Below the pieces are notes generated by a model. That model had not been told where the DNA came from. It did no database searches and saw only the letters and a list, made by a program, of their open reading frames with translations. A stretch of 64,000 bases of DNA from Eledone cirrhosa (taxonomy: Eukaryota). Positions 13,975 through 26,649 of the stretch are shown piece after piece (the stretch's first letter is position 1; each line of letters begins with the position of its first letter). The translations under genes and the position numbers were made by a program. The DNA lies in NCBI GenBank assembly GCA_964016885.1, contig OZ024764.1, positions 25,978,001 to 26,042,000 on the forward strand, in the 5' to 3' direction.

Positions 13975-14206
13975 CATTTGTTTACCAAGTTGGGGTGGAC
14001 CTCGTCAAATCAGACCAAAGAAACAATGTTTCCATTGATCTTTCTATTGCTGATACTATCTACCAGTTGTAACTCCTGGCAGAAAGAGCAACGCGAAATA
14101 AAGTGTCTTGCTCAAGGACATAACGCATCACTCGGTCCGGGAATCAAACTCACAACCTCATGATTGTGAATCCGATTCTCTAACCACTAAGCCATGTGCT
14201 TTCACT
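13975..14206 (-). mobile_element. tRNA/CORE-type SINE, family C
   Basis: Minus strand: tggcttagtggttag (A box), gagtttgattcc (B box), CORE-like tccttgagcaagacact; tail shared with 24098-24322. Confidence 0.8.
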
Positions 14207-14316
14207 TTTAGATATATATTTTTTTTAATTAGACACCATGAAATAATATAATTATTGTTAAAATATCTTTACAAACTTATTTCTATTAAACAACAATAAT
14301 ATATATATATATAAAT

Positions 14317-14355
<39 letters not shown>

Positions 14356-14376
14356 AGTGTGTGTGTGTGAGTGTGA

Positions 14377-14411
<35 letters not shown>

Positions 14412-14454
14412 AGAGTGTGAGAGTGTGTGAGTGTGAGAGTGAGTGAGTGAGTGA

Positions 14455-14503
<49 letters not shown>

Positions 14504-14547
14504 CGCTTATACGTACATGTTTTATATAAATTTTTGAAAGCTTATTC

Positions 14548-14730
14548 AAATTTCATTTGTAAAGTAAAAAAAAAACTCAAAAAACAACAAAAATCTGTAG
14601 TTAGACAGTTCACTTAAACAACAAAGTGTAAGAATATATAATGATATTGTATAATCTCAGGAGAATGGCAAACTAGTTGTCTGGCACCATGAACTGCTAA
14701 ACAAATGGAGATGATTAATGTTGAGATATG
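14548..14730 (+). repeat. Direct duplicate of 18966-19365; empty site for the SINE at 19064
   Basis: aaatttcatttgtaaag...gttagacagttcacttaaacaac...gtgtaagaatatataatgatattgtataatctcaggagaatggc occurs at both loci. Confidence 0.9.
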
Positions 14731-15021
14731 CTGGCAGATATATATGTATTATTTTATGCAAAAACATCTCTAAATTTAACCAATTTCCCATACATATACT
14801 TTTGTATAAGACCCAGTACTATTTTTCATACAAAATATTTACAATGTACCACACATTTTGAATTGAAATTTTGTAGGCCCAATAGATGAGTTGTATGTTG
14901 GGTTTATTTCCATGTGATATTTTCATAGAAAAAGGTGCACCTTATACACAAGGTTATTATTAGGGTGTGTACTGTTCCTTTCTTAGATACAGAAATAAAA
15001 GCAATTATTAAGTTTCAATAA

Positions 15022-15232
15022 TAATGGTTTCTGATTTAGGCCCAAGGCCAATAAATATGGGGGGAGAGGGAAGTCGATTAAATCGACCCCAGTGTGTTAC
15101 TGGTACTTTATTTTATCGACCCCGTAAGGATGAACGGTAAAGTTAACCTTGGAAGGATACTCAGAACATAAAGGGTCGTAATTCTGTGCTGTAAAGCATA
15201 TTGTCTGACGCTCTACTGATTCTGCCAATCCG
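15022..15232 (-). mobile_element. SINE family A, older copy
   Basis: Same body as 1778-1965. Confidence 0.75.
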
Positions 15233-17601
15233 TTAAGTTTCAATAAGATAGAACATTATATAAGTATTATTTTCTGTTATTCAGGATCCTTATTACTTTT
15301 CTTATAAATTCTATAGTGTTTTACTCGAAGGCAGTGTTTTTAGCAGAAATATAATTTTCGATAGTTAATAAAACAAAATATTATAAATTCAACAAAGATA
15401 ATCACGCAATAAACATGTAAGCAAAAATATATAATCAACGTTGATATATGTATTAAATTTACGAGAGAGTCCCATAAAAAAAAAATGATAAATATGAATG
15501 CTTTACTAAAAATTTGTTATTAAACCATATTGAGAAAACAACCATGAAAAGAGCAGGTAAAACTTTGATTACTTCAGATTAAAAATAAAACGATAACAAC
15601 AATTAAAATAATAACTTGGGTGGTGGGGTTTGAAGTATTTAACTTCTTCTCTAATCAAAAACTTAATTTACAAATCCACTTGGGAGAAATTTAGAAATGG
15701 ATTTACTATATAATTCAGCCTATAGTAAATTGTGTGACGTATAAAGGGAGATAACACTGTCAAGTAAAAACTATAACATTAAATTGGCAAAGACTTAAAT
15801 ACAACCATATCTACATTGTTCATTTTATAAATACGATCATAGCTCAGACTTGTCAACTCTCTCCGTCCGACAGGGAGGCCTCCCACCCACTTAGGGAGGG
15901 GATGAGAGATGTTTTCTCTTGTTGAAATGGATATAGCTTTTATTATGTAAAAAACTCCACATTTTGCCTCATTTCTCCTCAACCTTTTTATGAACTCTAA
16001 GATGATTAGTAGGATTAACTTTACTGAGTAAAACACAGACCTGTCAACTCTTCCCCGTCCGACAGGGAGATCTTCCACCCACTTTGGGGTGGGCGAGAGA
16101 TGTCTTCTCTTGTGAAAATGGGTATAACTTTCATTATGTAAAATCTCCCCAATTTTGGGACACTTTTTTTCATGGTACTCCCCATTCGGGCTTTTAGAAG
16201 TTGGCAGATCTGCATATCTACATTTATTTATATTATTAAATACGACCATAGATCTACATTATTTAAATTATTATACAACCATAGATCTACATTATTTAAA
16301 TTATTATACAACCATAGATCTACATTATTTATATCATTAAATACAACCATATATCTATATTTATATTATTAAATCATTCTTGTGGATTGATTTTCTGTTG
16401 TTATTTACTCAAAGGTTTATTTACCATCATTTCAAAGTAGTCCTTATTTCTTAAAATAATGATCAAGTTAAAAATCAAAATAGATTTTTTATAAACTGCT
16501 ACAAAATATAGATGACTAAATGAAAGCTCATTGTTTGTTTGCTAAAATACATTATCTAACTGTACAATTAAACAATTGATATATATTTAAACAAGTAGAT
16601 AAAAATAAAGAACTTAATTTTTCACTAGTCATTAATTTAAAATAAAGTGTTTAGTAGAGCTTAAGATGAAGTTAAGGTTTTTGTGGAAAGATTAATGAAT
16701 GAATGGAGATGGAAATGAATGTTGATTACTGATGGATTTGAAGTTGAATAAGAATGATATGAGTAAATAAAAATCTTTGTAGTAGATAGACAAAAATATG
16801 ACAAATCTCATTCATACTTAGAAAAACATTTATATGACTATTATACCTTCAAGATCTTTTTTCTCTTCCTCTTGAAAAAAAAATTTTTTTGTTTTGTATT
16901 TTTACAAATGCGCCATCTAGGATCAGATTGATTTTCTTTCATAACTATAAATATATTTTCATTTTAGACCCTCATTTGTACAATGGCAGATAAATGATAA
17001 CCCTTTTTTTTTTTTTTTTTTTGTTGTTTCAAAGATGACAAAGTTAAAAGACATGTTGCTGTGAACTGACAAGCAAATATAAAAGCAGCTAAAATATTAC
17101 ATCCTCATCTGAAGAATAATGAAATAAATAGTTAACCATCTAGGCTGTCTGCAACATTAAGGCATCTTCGCAAATTTCTGTTATGAAGCTACCTCAGTCT
17201 AGAGAAATTCTTTGCTCGAATATCACAGTCTAAAGAAAAATAGGCTACTTTTCTCTACATAATGTCCATTGGGATTACTCCACCTATAACTAAAATCTCT
17301 AACAAATATACATAACCCCAAAATTATACAAAGAAAAAAATAAAGCCTGTCATGAAAAAAGCCTATGCCTTCTGAGGCTTGCACCATCTCATAGGCAGTT
17401 GTACCATATCCACTAACAATTAGCTCCACTTTCTCAAAGAGAGAGACAGAAAGAGATATTTGCTACAAGTTAGTGATCAGTATTTTCTTATAACTCTTTT
17501 CAATATAACATGTAAATGACAACCTAGAGAGCAATTCTGTTCCCAAACTGATAATCTTCTTTCTTTTTAACAGTGTCATAATCCAGGAGTCTTACATTAG
17601 A

Positions 17602-17932
17602 CTATGTACTTGAATTACTAGTAGCAGATATTTCTGTTTCGGCTGAAGATTCTGTAAGTTCCGGTGCACATTGGCCAACCATCTGAGAATTGTATTCAGC
17701 TGCCTCCATCCTGAGAATGTGTGGGATTATGCTGTCTATCTGAACACTGCCAGTTAAACCAGAGAAAAATAATTCTTCCATGATACTCGGATTAACTGAA
17801 CGCAGTGGAGGTAGACGTAAGAGTAATTTTGAGAGTCTATTTTGGTTTTGTGGATGTACTTCTTGGATATGATGTTGTAGTTCTATGTGAGCCTTTTCTT
17901 GAAACCTCTCCTGCTTCCTTTGCATGTATTAT
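17602..17932 (-). CDS. NR2C2: Terminal coding exon of an NR2C (TR2/TR4/HR78-type) nuclear receptor LBD, possibly degenerate
   Basis: ERFQEKAHIELQ...RLSKLLLRLPPLRSVNPSIMEELFFSGLTGSVQIDSIIPHILRMEAAEYNSQ matches the TR4 C-terminus as I recall it (EKFQEKAQMELQ...RLPALR...EELFFTGLIGNVSIDSIIPYILKMETAEYN). Acceptor ttttatcacttattcag ends at 17933; stop at 17602. Symbol means NR2C1/2-like. Confidence 0.85.
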
Positions 17933-18171
17933 CTGAATAAGTGATAAAAAAAATAAAAAAATGAAACAACAACATTATTTAACGATTGTAATTATTAGAA
18001 GCACAAATATTAAAATTTCAATAAAGTTCTTAAGAGTGTCAATAAACAGTAATGATTTCTAATTTAGGCACAAAATCAACAATTTGGACAGGGGCAGGGA
18101 TGGGGGTGGGGTCGATCAAATCAACACCAGTACTTCACTGATATTTTATAATACTGGTCATGATGGCAACA

Positions 18172-18960
18172 TGACAAAAAGCCCCCAGCCCACACTGTCA
18201 AGTGGTCATGTAGAAATACTACAAAAAGCCCCCAGCCCACACTGTAAAGTAGTGTTGTAGGAGACACTACAAAAAGCCCCCAGCCCACACTGTAAAGTAG
18301 TGTTGTAGGAGACACTACAAAAAGCCCCCAGCCCACACTGTAAAGTAGTGTTGTAGGAGACACTACAAAAAGCCCCCAGCCCACACTGTAAAGTAGTGTT
18401 GTAGGAGACACTACAAAAAGCCCCCAGCCCACACTGTAAAGTACTGTTGTAGGAACATGACAAAAAGCCTCCAGCCCACACTGTAAAGTAGTGTTGTAGG
18501 AGACACTACAAAAAGCCCCCAGCCCACACTGTAAAGTAGTGTTGTAGGAGACACTACAAAAAGCCCCCAGCCCACACTGTAAAGTAGTGTTGTAGGAGAC
18601 ACTACAAAAAGCCCCCAGCCCACACTGTAAAGTAGTGTTGTAGGAGACACTACAAAAAGCCCCCAGCCCACACTGTAAAGTACTGTTGTAGGAACATGAC
18701 AAAAAGCCTCCAGCCCACACTGTAAAGTAGTGTTGTAGGAGACACTACAAAAAGCCCCCAGCCCACACTGTAAAGTAGTGTTGTAGGAGACACTACAAAA
18801 AGCCCCCAGCCCACACTGTAAAGTAGTGTTGTAAGAGACACTACAAAAATCCCTCAGCCCACACTGTAAAGTAGTGTTGTAGGAGACACTACAAAAATCC
18901 CTCAGCCCACACTGTAAAGTAGTGTTGTAGGAGACACTACAAAAAGCCCCCAGCCCACAC
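18172..18960. repeat. 48-bp minisatellite derived from the RTE/SINE-B 3' UTR repeat
   Basis: acaaaaagcccccagcccacactgtaaagtagtgttgtaggagacact, about 16 copies. A variant unit recurs 239 bp apart (18441, 18680). Confidence 0.95.
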
Positions 18961-19063
18961 TGGTAAATTTCATTTGTAAAGTTTTAAAAAAAAACTAAAA
19001 AAAAACAACAAAAATCTGTAGTTAGACAGTTCACTTAAACAACAAGGTGTAAGAATATATAAT

Positions 19064-19259
19064 TGTTTCTACCTTTGGTACAAGGCCAGCAATTACCTCC
19101 AGTACATTACTGGTACTTTATTTTATCAACCCCGTAAGGATGAAAGACAAAGTTAACCTCGGGGGATTTGAACACAGAATGGCAAGGGCCGTAACTCTAT
19201 GCGTCAAAGCATGGTGTCCGACCCTCTACCGATACTGCCAATCCACCACCCTTTGGATT
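19064..19259 (-). mobile_element. Full-length SINE family A with 17-bp TSD
   Basis: gtgtaagaatatataat at 19047-19063 and 19260-19276; a single copy of it is at the paralogous site 14626-14642. Confidence 0.95.
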
Positions 19260-19780
19260 GTGTAAGAATATATAATGATATTGTATAATCTCAGGAGAAT
19301 GGCAAACTAGTTGTCTGGCACCATGAACTGCTGAATAAATGGAGATGGTTAATGTTTAATGAGATACTCTCTGTCTGAGTTTCAGTGTTTGTTACTGTCA
19401 TGTAAAATATTACGTTCAGCTAAGTGAGTCTTGTGGCTAAACATTTCTCTAGTTGGTATTCTAATCCAAAATAATTCAAACCACTTTTTTAGGGATCGCT
19501 TAGCCTAAGATTGAAGCCTGTTGGTGGGCCAGACAAAAATCCTTCGCAGGCTGCATGTGGCCCGTGGGCGAAGGATGCCGGCCCCTGATCTAATATATTC
19601 CTTGGTACTAATCACTTCTTCCCCATATTTCTATCTTTCTTACTTGTTTATACTTTCCCTCCAACTATTAACCTACAGGAATTAAAACATTAATCATACT
19701 TTTTTCATCTAGTTTTCCTTATGGTATGGTCCCGTAACTCCTGACAGCGTCATAGCAGTGCTGTAGTGACATATGGCGTT

Positions 19781-20126
19781 TCATCATCATCATCATCATT
19801 TCATTTTACGTCCGCTTTTCCCTGCTTGCAAGGGTGGGACGGGAACAGATTCTGGCTTTATTTCTACAGCTGGATGCCCTTCCCAACACCAACCTCATTT
19901 ACAGTGAGTGCTGGGTGCTTTTTTGCCGTGGCACCTCCACGACCACTTTGCAGTGGAATGATATGGACCCCAGTCTCTATCATCTCATTTCTACAGCTGA
20001 GTAGACTGGAGCAATGTGAAATAAGGTGTCTTGCTCAAGGAAACAACACATTACCCGGTCTGAGAATTGAACTCACAACCTTTCGATTGCAAGGCCATTG
20101 CTCTAACCACTAAGCCATGTGCCTCC
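19781..20126 (-). mobile_element. tRNA/CORE-type SINE family B with RTE-derived tail
   Basis: Minus strand: gaggcacatggcttagtggttagagc, gagttcaattc, ccttgagcaagacac, ending ggaagggcatccagctgtagaaa...gcggacgtaaaatga(tga)n. Confidence 0.88.
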
Positions 20127-20204
20127 TTTCTTGGATATTTTAAGCTTAGCGGAGCCCATCCCTCTCCAGGCCTGTGTAGTGCTGATTTCTTCCTGAGAGA
20201 GGAA

Positions 20205-20376
20205 GAATCGACCCCAGTACTTGACTGGTACTTTTTTTTATCAACCTCGAAAGGATGAAAGGCAAAGTTGACATCAGCGGGATTTGAACTCAGAGAGCAG
20301 AGAACTGGAACGAAAACCATAAAGCATTCTATCCGATGTTCTAATGACTCTGGCCATTTCACCGCCATTTCGCCGC
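20205..20376 (-). mobile_element. SINE family A-related copy
   Basis: cgaccccagtac...aaggatgaaaggcaaagttgac...ggatttgaactc. Confidence 0.7.
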
Positions 20377-20857
20377 CTATGTTTTCCTTATACCTTGGAC
20401 CAAAGAGTCTGGATAATACAATGGACACAGCTTTTCCTCTCAATGCTAAATATTTTTCTAAAATCCTGTGGAAAGCATGATAAAATGGTAACAAAATTGA
20501 TACAAAAATAACAATATGAGAGTAACTGCCACACTAGAAATTGTGCTAGAATCAAGAATAATTTATAAAAGATTACACAATTCCTTTTTCATAACCAATC
20601 ATTCAAAACACTGGAGTATTGAGTACTTAAGTGAAGGTGTGTGGCTTAGTGGTTAGATTCGCAATCGTGAGGTTGTGAGTTCAATCCTCGGACCAGGTGA
20701 TGTGCTGTGTCCTTGAGCAAGACATTTTTATTTCACATTGCCCCTTCTGTCAGGAGTTGTCTCGACCCCCACCCGCTTCCTCGACCCCCACCCGCCCTAC
20801 TCCGAGGGCATGGCGGTCAAACACCCAATACACACAATCATCATGCGCCACCCCCCC

Positions 20858-20918
<61 letters not shown>

Positions 20919-22565
20919 AGAAATTCACTTCACCAAATTTCATTGCTTTGCTGTCTACCCCACGATATTCATGTAACGTAATGTACATATTTTTCTTCAT
21001 CTCTACCTCCACACTCCATATTTCGTATCAAGTCCAAATAGCCAATCTATTGCTAAAACAATCTACATTTTTTGTATTCATTAATTGTGAGATACGAAAG
21101 TTTTTGTCGTATCGAACAGAACAAAATTTTGTATTTTTGTTAATCGCTTGTTAAATGCAAGGACCCCATTCAATCATTACCTTCTATCTTGCTCAAGGGC
21201 ATCCAGCCATAGAAAACCTACCAGATACAGTCCTATACAAGAGAGACAGGGTCACCCAATCAATCTTGCCACAAGTGGGACAATTCCCATTTAACCCTTC
21301 CTAGCGTGGAAGATAGCCGTTGAACGATGATGATATATATATATATATATAGATATAGATATGCATATGTACTCACACACATATTTATAAATGTGTATAC
21401 ATACGCATATATATAAATAGGGAAGTCATACATCCTATTATGTGTTCAATTCTCAGCTAGGGAGGTACTTTGTGTCCTTAAGCAAGACACATCATTCCAC
21501 ATGTCTCTAATCTCCACAGCTGAAAAAGACAAGTAGCAGAATTAGTTGGAGGTTTAGCATGGGTTGGATCATTCTCCTCCTCCAACATTTTCACTGCGGC
21601 CACAAACCCAGGCTTTACTACCTGTAATAGAGAGAAGAGGAAGATAGTTAAATACTGGGGCCTGACAAACCACTTCCTCTTTGTCCCCACACTGCTGATT
21701 TCCTCCTCAAAATTAGAAAGACAGCAACACACTTGAGGAAGGAGTCCCATGAGGTGGGGTGGATGTTGCAGTGGGTGTCTCTGGCTATTCTCTGTGGTAA
21801 CACCTTTGTCATTTTGTCTGTAGGGTGGAGCTACATCACAGCTCAGACTGAAATATAAAGTCTGTCCCTCTCCCGTTATTTTCATTGGATTGGCAGTATC
21901 GGTAGAGCGTTGGACGCCATGCTTTGTAGCATAGAGTTACCTCCCTTTACGATATGCGTTCAAATCCCGCCAGAGTTAACTTTGCCTTTCATCCTTGTGA
22001 GGTCGATAAAATAAAGTACCAGTAATGCACTAGAATAATTGCTGGCCTTGTTTAATTCGTTTTTTTTTTCCATTACTTAAATCTTTTATTACCTTTAATA
22101 ATGTGTTTTGGTTTAATATGAACAGTTATATAAAATTAATAACGTTATTTATTCAAATCTGAATAAAGTACTAGCATATCTATTGAACGTATGAATCTAA
22201 ATTAGAATAAAAGGAGGAGCGTGGGTCTGTGTACGGTTTATAATTGTTTATCCCATTAGTAAAATAAGTTGGATTACTTTGAATAAATAAGGAATGAATA
22301 TTACATAATTTATCTACTAAATTTCGTGGCTGTTGATTAAATATATTTTGTTTGTTTAAAGATTCACTTCTTTAAAATTTCTGAAATGCCAACACTTCCG
22401 GTTGGCCATCACTTCAATAAACTATTAATTTTCTGTCAGTAATTTTCTTCTAATGCAGTTTATATATAATATCGTTTTTTTTAATGTATCATGGATTACG
22501 TTACTGATTAGATAAGACAGTGTAACACAGTCTTTGTTCAATTTCTGTGTATTATATATTGTTAA

Positions 22566-22755
22566 GGCGGTGGATTGCCAGTATTGGTAGAGGGTCGGAC
22601 GCCATGCTTTGACGCATAGAGTTACGGCCCTTGCCATTCTGAGTTCAAATCCCGCCGAGGTTAACTTTGCCTTTCATCCTTACCGGGTCGATAAAATAAA
22701 GTACCAGTAATACACTGGGTGTTTGCTGGCCTTGTGCCTAACGTAGAAACAATTA
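22566..22755 (+). mobile_element. SINE family A
   Basis: ggcggtggattgccagtattggtagag...gagttcaaatcccgccgagg...gtagaaacaatt. Other copies at 21886-22050 (+), 47148-47260 (-) and 50473-50650 (-). Confidence 0.88.
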
Positions 22756-23654
22756 TATATTGTAAATTATGATTTTATTTGATGTATCATATTTACATGT
22801 ATATATATATACTTGCGTATAATATCAATATACACACTACACATGCTAGCAGAAAACCACCCGAAGGTAGCATGTGTAGTGTGTATATTGATATTATACG
22901 CAGGTATATATATATACATGTATCATATATACCTGCGTATAATATCAATATACATACTACACATGCTACTTTCGAGTGGTTTTCTGCTAGTTCATATAAC
23001 GGAAGTTGTTTCTGAATGTATTAAATTATGTGGGGGACTTTCAAGTCATGACACCGGTGTCTACTAGACGGTGAAGTATTACCATTTATATCAGCTCCAT
23101 TGTTACAACTTAAACCTTATCTAATTTTATCTTTTATGTTGATTATTTCATATTAAGGTGGACGTTAATGTTTGTAAATAACATAAGGTGACTTATTTAC
23201 CTTATAGTTGTTGTTTTATCACCTGTATTATTAAATATTGAAGTGGTTGTTCAACATTTTACAGGACAGGAAAATATTATTTTAATCAGAAATCGGTGAA
23301 CATTTAGTTTTTACTAACTTTTCTTGACTTTATATTTGGTCTTGACAACTAAAGTACGTATTATTTCCTTTTCCACCACAACACAAACATTGTGAACTTT
23401 TCTATCTGAAGTGAAATATCTTGATTTATTACAACACCTACACACATATTTCTACACACACACATCTATTTCTCTCTCTCATACCTACACACTGCATGTC
23501 TGTATATATATTAACCTTCGTCTTTTGAAATTATGGATATTAATTCTCTCGTCACCCGAACTGTCCTCAATAACAAGAACCTTAACTATAGAAGTCTTAT
23601 TCGTCTGTTTTATTAACAAATATAAACAGATATATATATACCACCCCCACCCCC

Positions 23655-23709
<55 letters not shown>

Positions 23710-23827
23710 CACTTGCTTTTTCTTCTTCCAAGATCAGTCTTATGCTGTCATATGTCTTATTACTTTACCAACTGAATGCTACATTTCTTAATATATGAGT
23801 GGAAGTGGTGAGATTCCTTTATGAAAT

Positions 23828-24211
23828 ATGTCTGAATATAGCTGTGAGATTTGCAGGAAAACTTTCTCTTCAAAATTGAAACTATCCTCACATGAGAAAA
23901 TACACAGAGAAAAACCCCTCCACTGTGAAATATGTGGGAAATCTTTTACTGATAATTCTAATCTTGTCATCCACATACGGAGTCACACTGGAGAAAACCC
24001 CTTCCACTGTGAAATATGTGGGAAATATTTTTCTCATAGTTCTCAACTTGAACCTCACAAAAGAACACACACTGGTGAAAAACCTAACCCTAACCCTACT
24101 TACCAAGTGGAATGGAACTCATCAGATTGGACCAAGGAAACAATGTTTCCATTGGACTTTCCAATTGATGATATAATCTACAATCTACCAGTTGTAACTC
24201 CTGGCAGATAG
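23828..24211 (+). pseudogene. Truncated C2H2 zinc-finger gene (three fingers) reading into an antisense SINE
   Basis: CEICRKTFSSKLKLSSHEKIH, CEICGKSFTDNSNLVIHIRSH-TGENPF, CEICGKYFSHSSQLEPHKRTH-TGEKP. After about 24098 the frame is SINE-derived. In-frame upstream ATG (23795) is cut off by TGA (23822-23824). Putative acceptor ttcttcttccaag ends at 23732. Confidence 0.85.
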
Positions 24212-24322
24212 AGCAAGGTGAAATAAAGTGTGTTGCTGAAGGACTTAACCTAGTCTAGGAATTGAACTCAGAACCTCATGGTTGTCAATCCAACTATCTT
24301 ACCACTAAGCTACATGTCTTCC
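24098..24322 (-). mobile_element. SINE family C
   Basis: Matches 13975-14206 (ttaccaagt...cagattggaccaaggaaacaatgtttccattg...gaaataaagtgt...ccactaagc). Confidence 0.8.
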
Positions 24323-24699
24323 TATGTTTTAGTGATAGTGGACAATGAATGCTGATGATGATGGTAATTTTATTTGATAAATTGCCCAGTTGATCATCTC
24401 AATGGTGTATTATTGCCTTTGTTTTCACAGGATCCTTTGAAGTCATGAGTAAAAGGTAATAGTGTATTGGTTAGAGGGTTGGACTCAATGATAAACTTGT
24501 GAGTTCAATTCCTGGGCTTGGCAGCATGTCCTGTCATACAATAAAACATTTTATTTCATGTTGCTTCAGTCCAATCAGCTAGTTTCAAGTTATATCGGCC
24601 TTTGACTTTCCTTTGGACAACATCATATAGTCTATATATATTGTGTGTACTGAATATATATATATATATAGTGATAACATGGTATGTATTGCTCTTTAG

Positions 24700-25230
24700 T
24701 TCTTAGTCCAGATTGTTTCAACAGGAATATATGTCAACTAATTGTCTCCATTGATTTCAGTTGGTGACAGCTTGTTGACATCCATGCCAGCTGATGTTGA
24801 CAGTTTGTGGGACACTTTGGAATGTGTTCCACCAGGTCATTTGCGGCTGGTCTCTTTTCCACTTGCCTTCAAGGGGAATCCATGTCATCGCTGTTTTGGA
24901 CAGGTGATCTTCTGGGAGGTGCAGAATGTCACCTGCAAAATGGAACCAACATTCATGATTATCTCCTGCAGTGGATGTAACCCTGCTTTCCACAGGATCT
25001 TACCAGCTGACCTTTACAATCCTACACAGACTCCTCTGATGGAAAGTGTTTAGATACCTATCAATCTTCACAATGTGTTTCCATGTTTCATAGTCAGAGA
25101 TGGCCACGGGAAGTACAATGCTAGTGTACAAACGCAGCTTGAAATACATGCTGAGGGCTCTGTTTGATCGAGTGCATCCATTGGATCCAATCGATTGATT
25201 TTGAACTACATGTTAAATATACTCTGGGAG
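24700..25230 (-). mobile_element. Degenerate RTE LINE fragment
   Basis: WFHFAGDILHLPEDHLSKTAMTWIPLEGKWKRDQPQMTWWNT resembles the RTE C-terminus. Confidence 0.6.
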
Positions 25231-25418
25231 TTTATTTAACATTACCTATTGAGTACACTGAGATGCAATCGTTCCTAGTAGTGATACGCTTGCTAGTTCC
25301 GTCATATTAATATTATTATATATATATATCCTCGTTTAGTTATTATGGATCTAGATATTGTCTATTGAGCTTGCTAATTGAGAAACACAAAATCCTAAAT
25401 GTTTTAATTCATTTTTTT

Positions 25419-25462
<44 letters not shown>

Positions 25463-25911
25463 CACACATCGTGCAATGTAAAGTGTGAAACAGCTTGGTA
25501 CCAGTAACGTCACAGCTCATCATCATCATTTAACATCCACTTTCCCTGCTAGCAAGGATTGGTCAGGTCTTCACAAACCAGAATGGAGTGGGTGGTGCAC
25601 ATCTCCTTTACACATTGTCCCACATTCTACTGAGTGTAGTGTGGCACCCTTACTAAAGTTGGTGTCATGTCTTCAACACAACTGAACCGTCCTCCCAACC
25701 TTTTGTGTGGCTGGGTACCCTCCCTACCACCACCAACTTTACATCACACACTGGGTGTATTTATGTAGACCCCCAACACTACGGAGGTTGCCATGCCCTT
25801 AACACAACTTCAGCGTCCTCAAAACCTTTCTTTAGTAAGCTCTCTGTGATCAGAAACGCTTCCTATTACACCCACATTAAAGCATGTACTGGGTGCGTTT
25901 ATCGTGTAGAT

Positions 25912-26101
25912 CAGGCATGTCAAACTGAGGGTACGCCAAGGACCACATGGGTCACATATGTGTTGTCTGAGGGCCGCACACGACAACTAATTTTTCTTTA
26001 CTTTATATTACGAAGATAAAACATGCTCCTGCTGTAAAAACATATGTGCGGGCCTCAGGTGGGCCTGTAAAGGGCCGTAGGCCGCATATTTTACATGCCT
26101 G
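25912..26101. mobile_element. hAT-type MITE, 190 bp
   Basis: TIRs caggcatgtcaaa / ttttacatgcctg; perfect 8-bp TSD gtgtagat at 25904-25911 and 26102-26109. Confidence 0.92.
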
Positions 26102-26649
26102 GTGTAGATCACCAACACTAGAGATTTTGTAATGTCTTTGATACTACATAGGGGTCCTCTCAACCTATATATACTATACATATATATGTATACTGTAGAG
26201 ATGCTATGTATACACTATTGGATAGACAGCAACACACTTGAGGAAGGAGCCCCCGTTAGGTGGGGTGGGTGTTGCAATGGTCACATTCCTGCCCTTCATT
26301 AAGATATCTCTCTAGAAGGTCACACTGTTATAAAGTTTGTGACTTCGTTTGCACCCAATGATGTAGACCAATTCTACGTTTTGGTTAAATACATTCGATG
26401 TTCAGAGAGTGGGATTTGACCCCTGCTAAACCTTTCATCACTTAAAAAAGCTTCGAGCACAGGCATCGCTTGATATGTGACATTATTGCGATGCATGGCC
26501 TTCCTGGCCATAGGCAAGTCCCTTGTCGGACTAAAAAGCTACGTCTGTGATGTTTATGCTTAAGTATCAAGCGATGGCATTACTCGAAATCTAGTTGCAG
26601 CCATCAGCATGTATGTATACAAGTATCAATATGGATAGCGTGTGCAGCA

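Noticed and set aside
15779-16249. 156-aa minus-strand ORF as a gene
   Set aside because: It arises from a ~190-bp local duplication (PKWV..LPVGR twice) next to a 36-bp repeat; no recognisable domain.
21478-21885. 135-aa minus-strand ORF as an upstream NR2C exon
   Set aside because: No nuclear-receptor motifs, and part of it (about 21718-21775) recurs at about 26224-26280, indicating a repeat.
22566-22670. tRNA genes at SINE heads (also 32196, 45176, 62234)
   Set aside because: A and B boxes are present but no complete cloverleaf forms, and each continues into a SINE body and tail.
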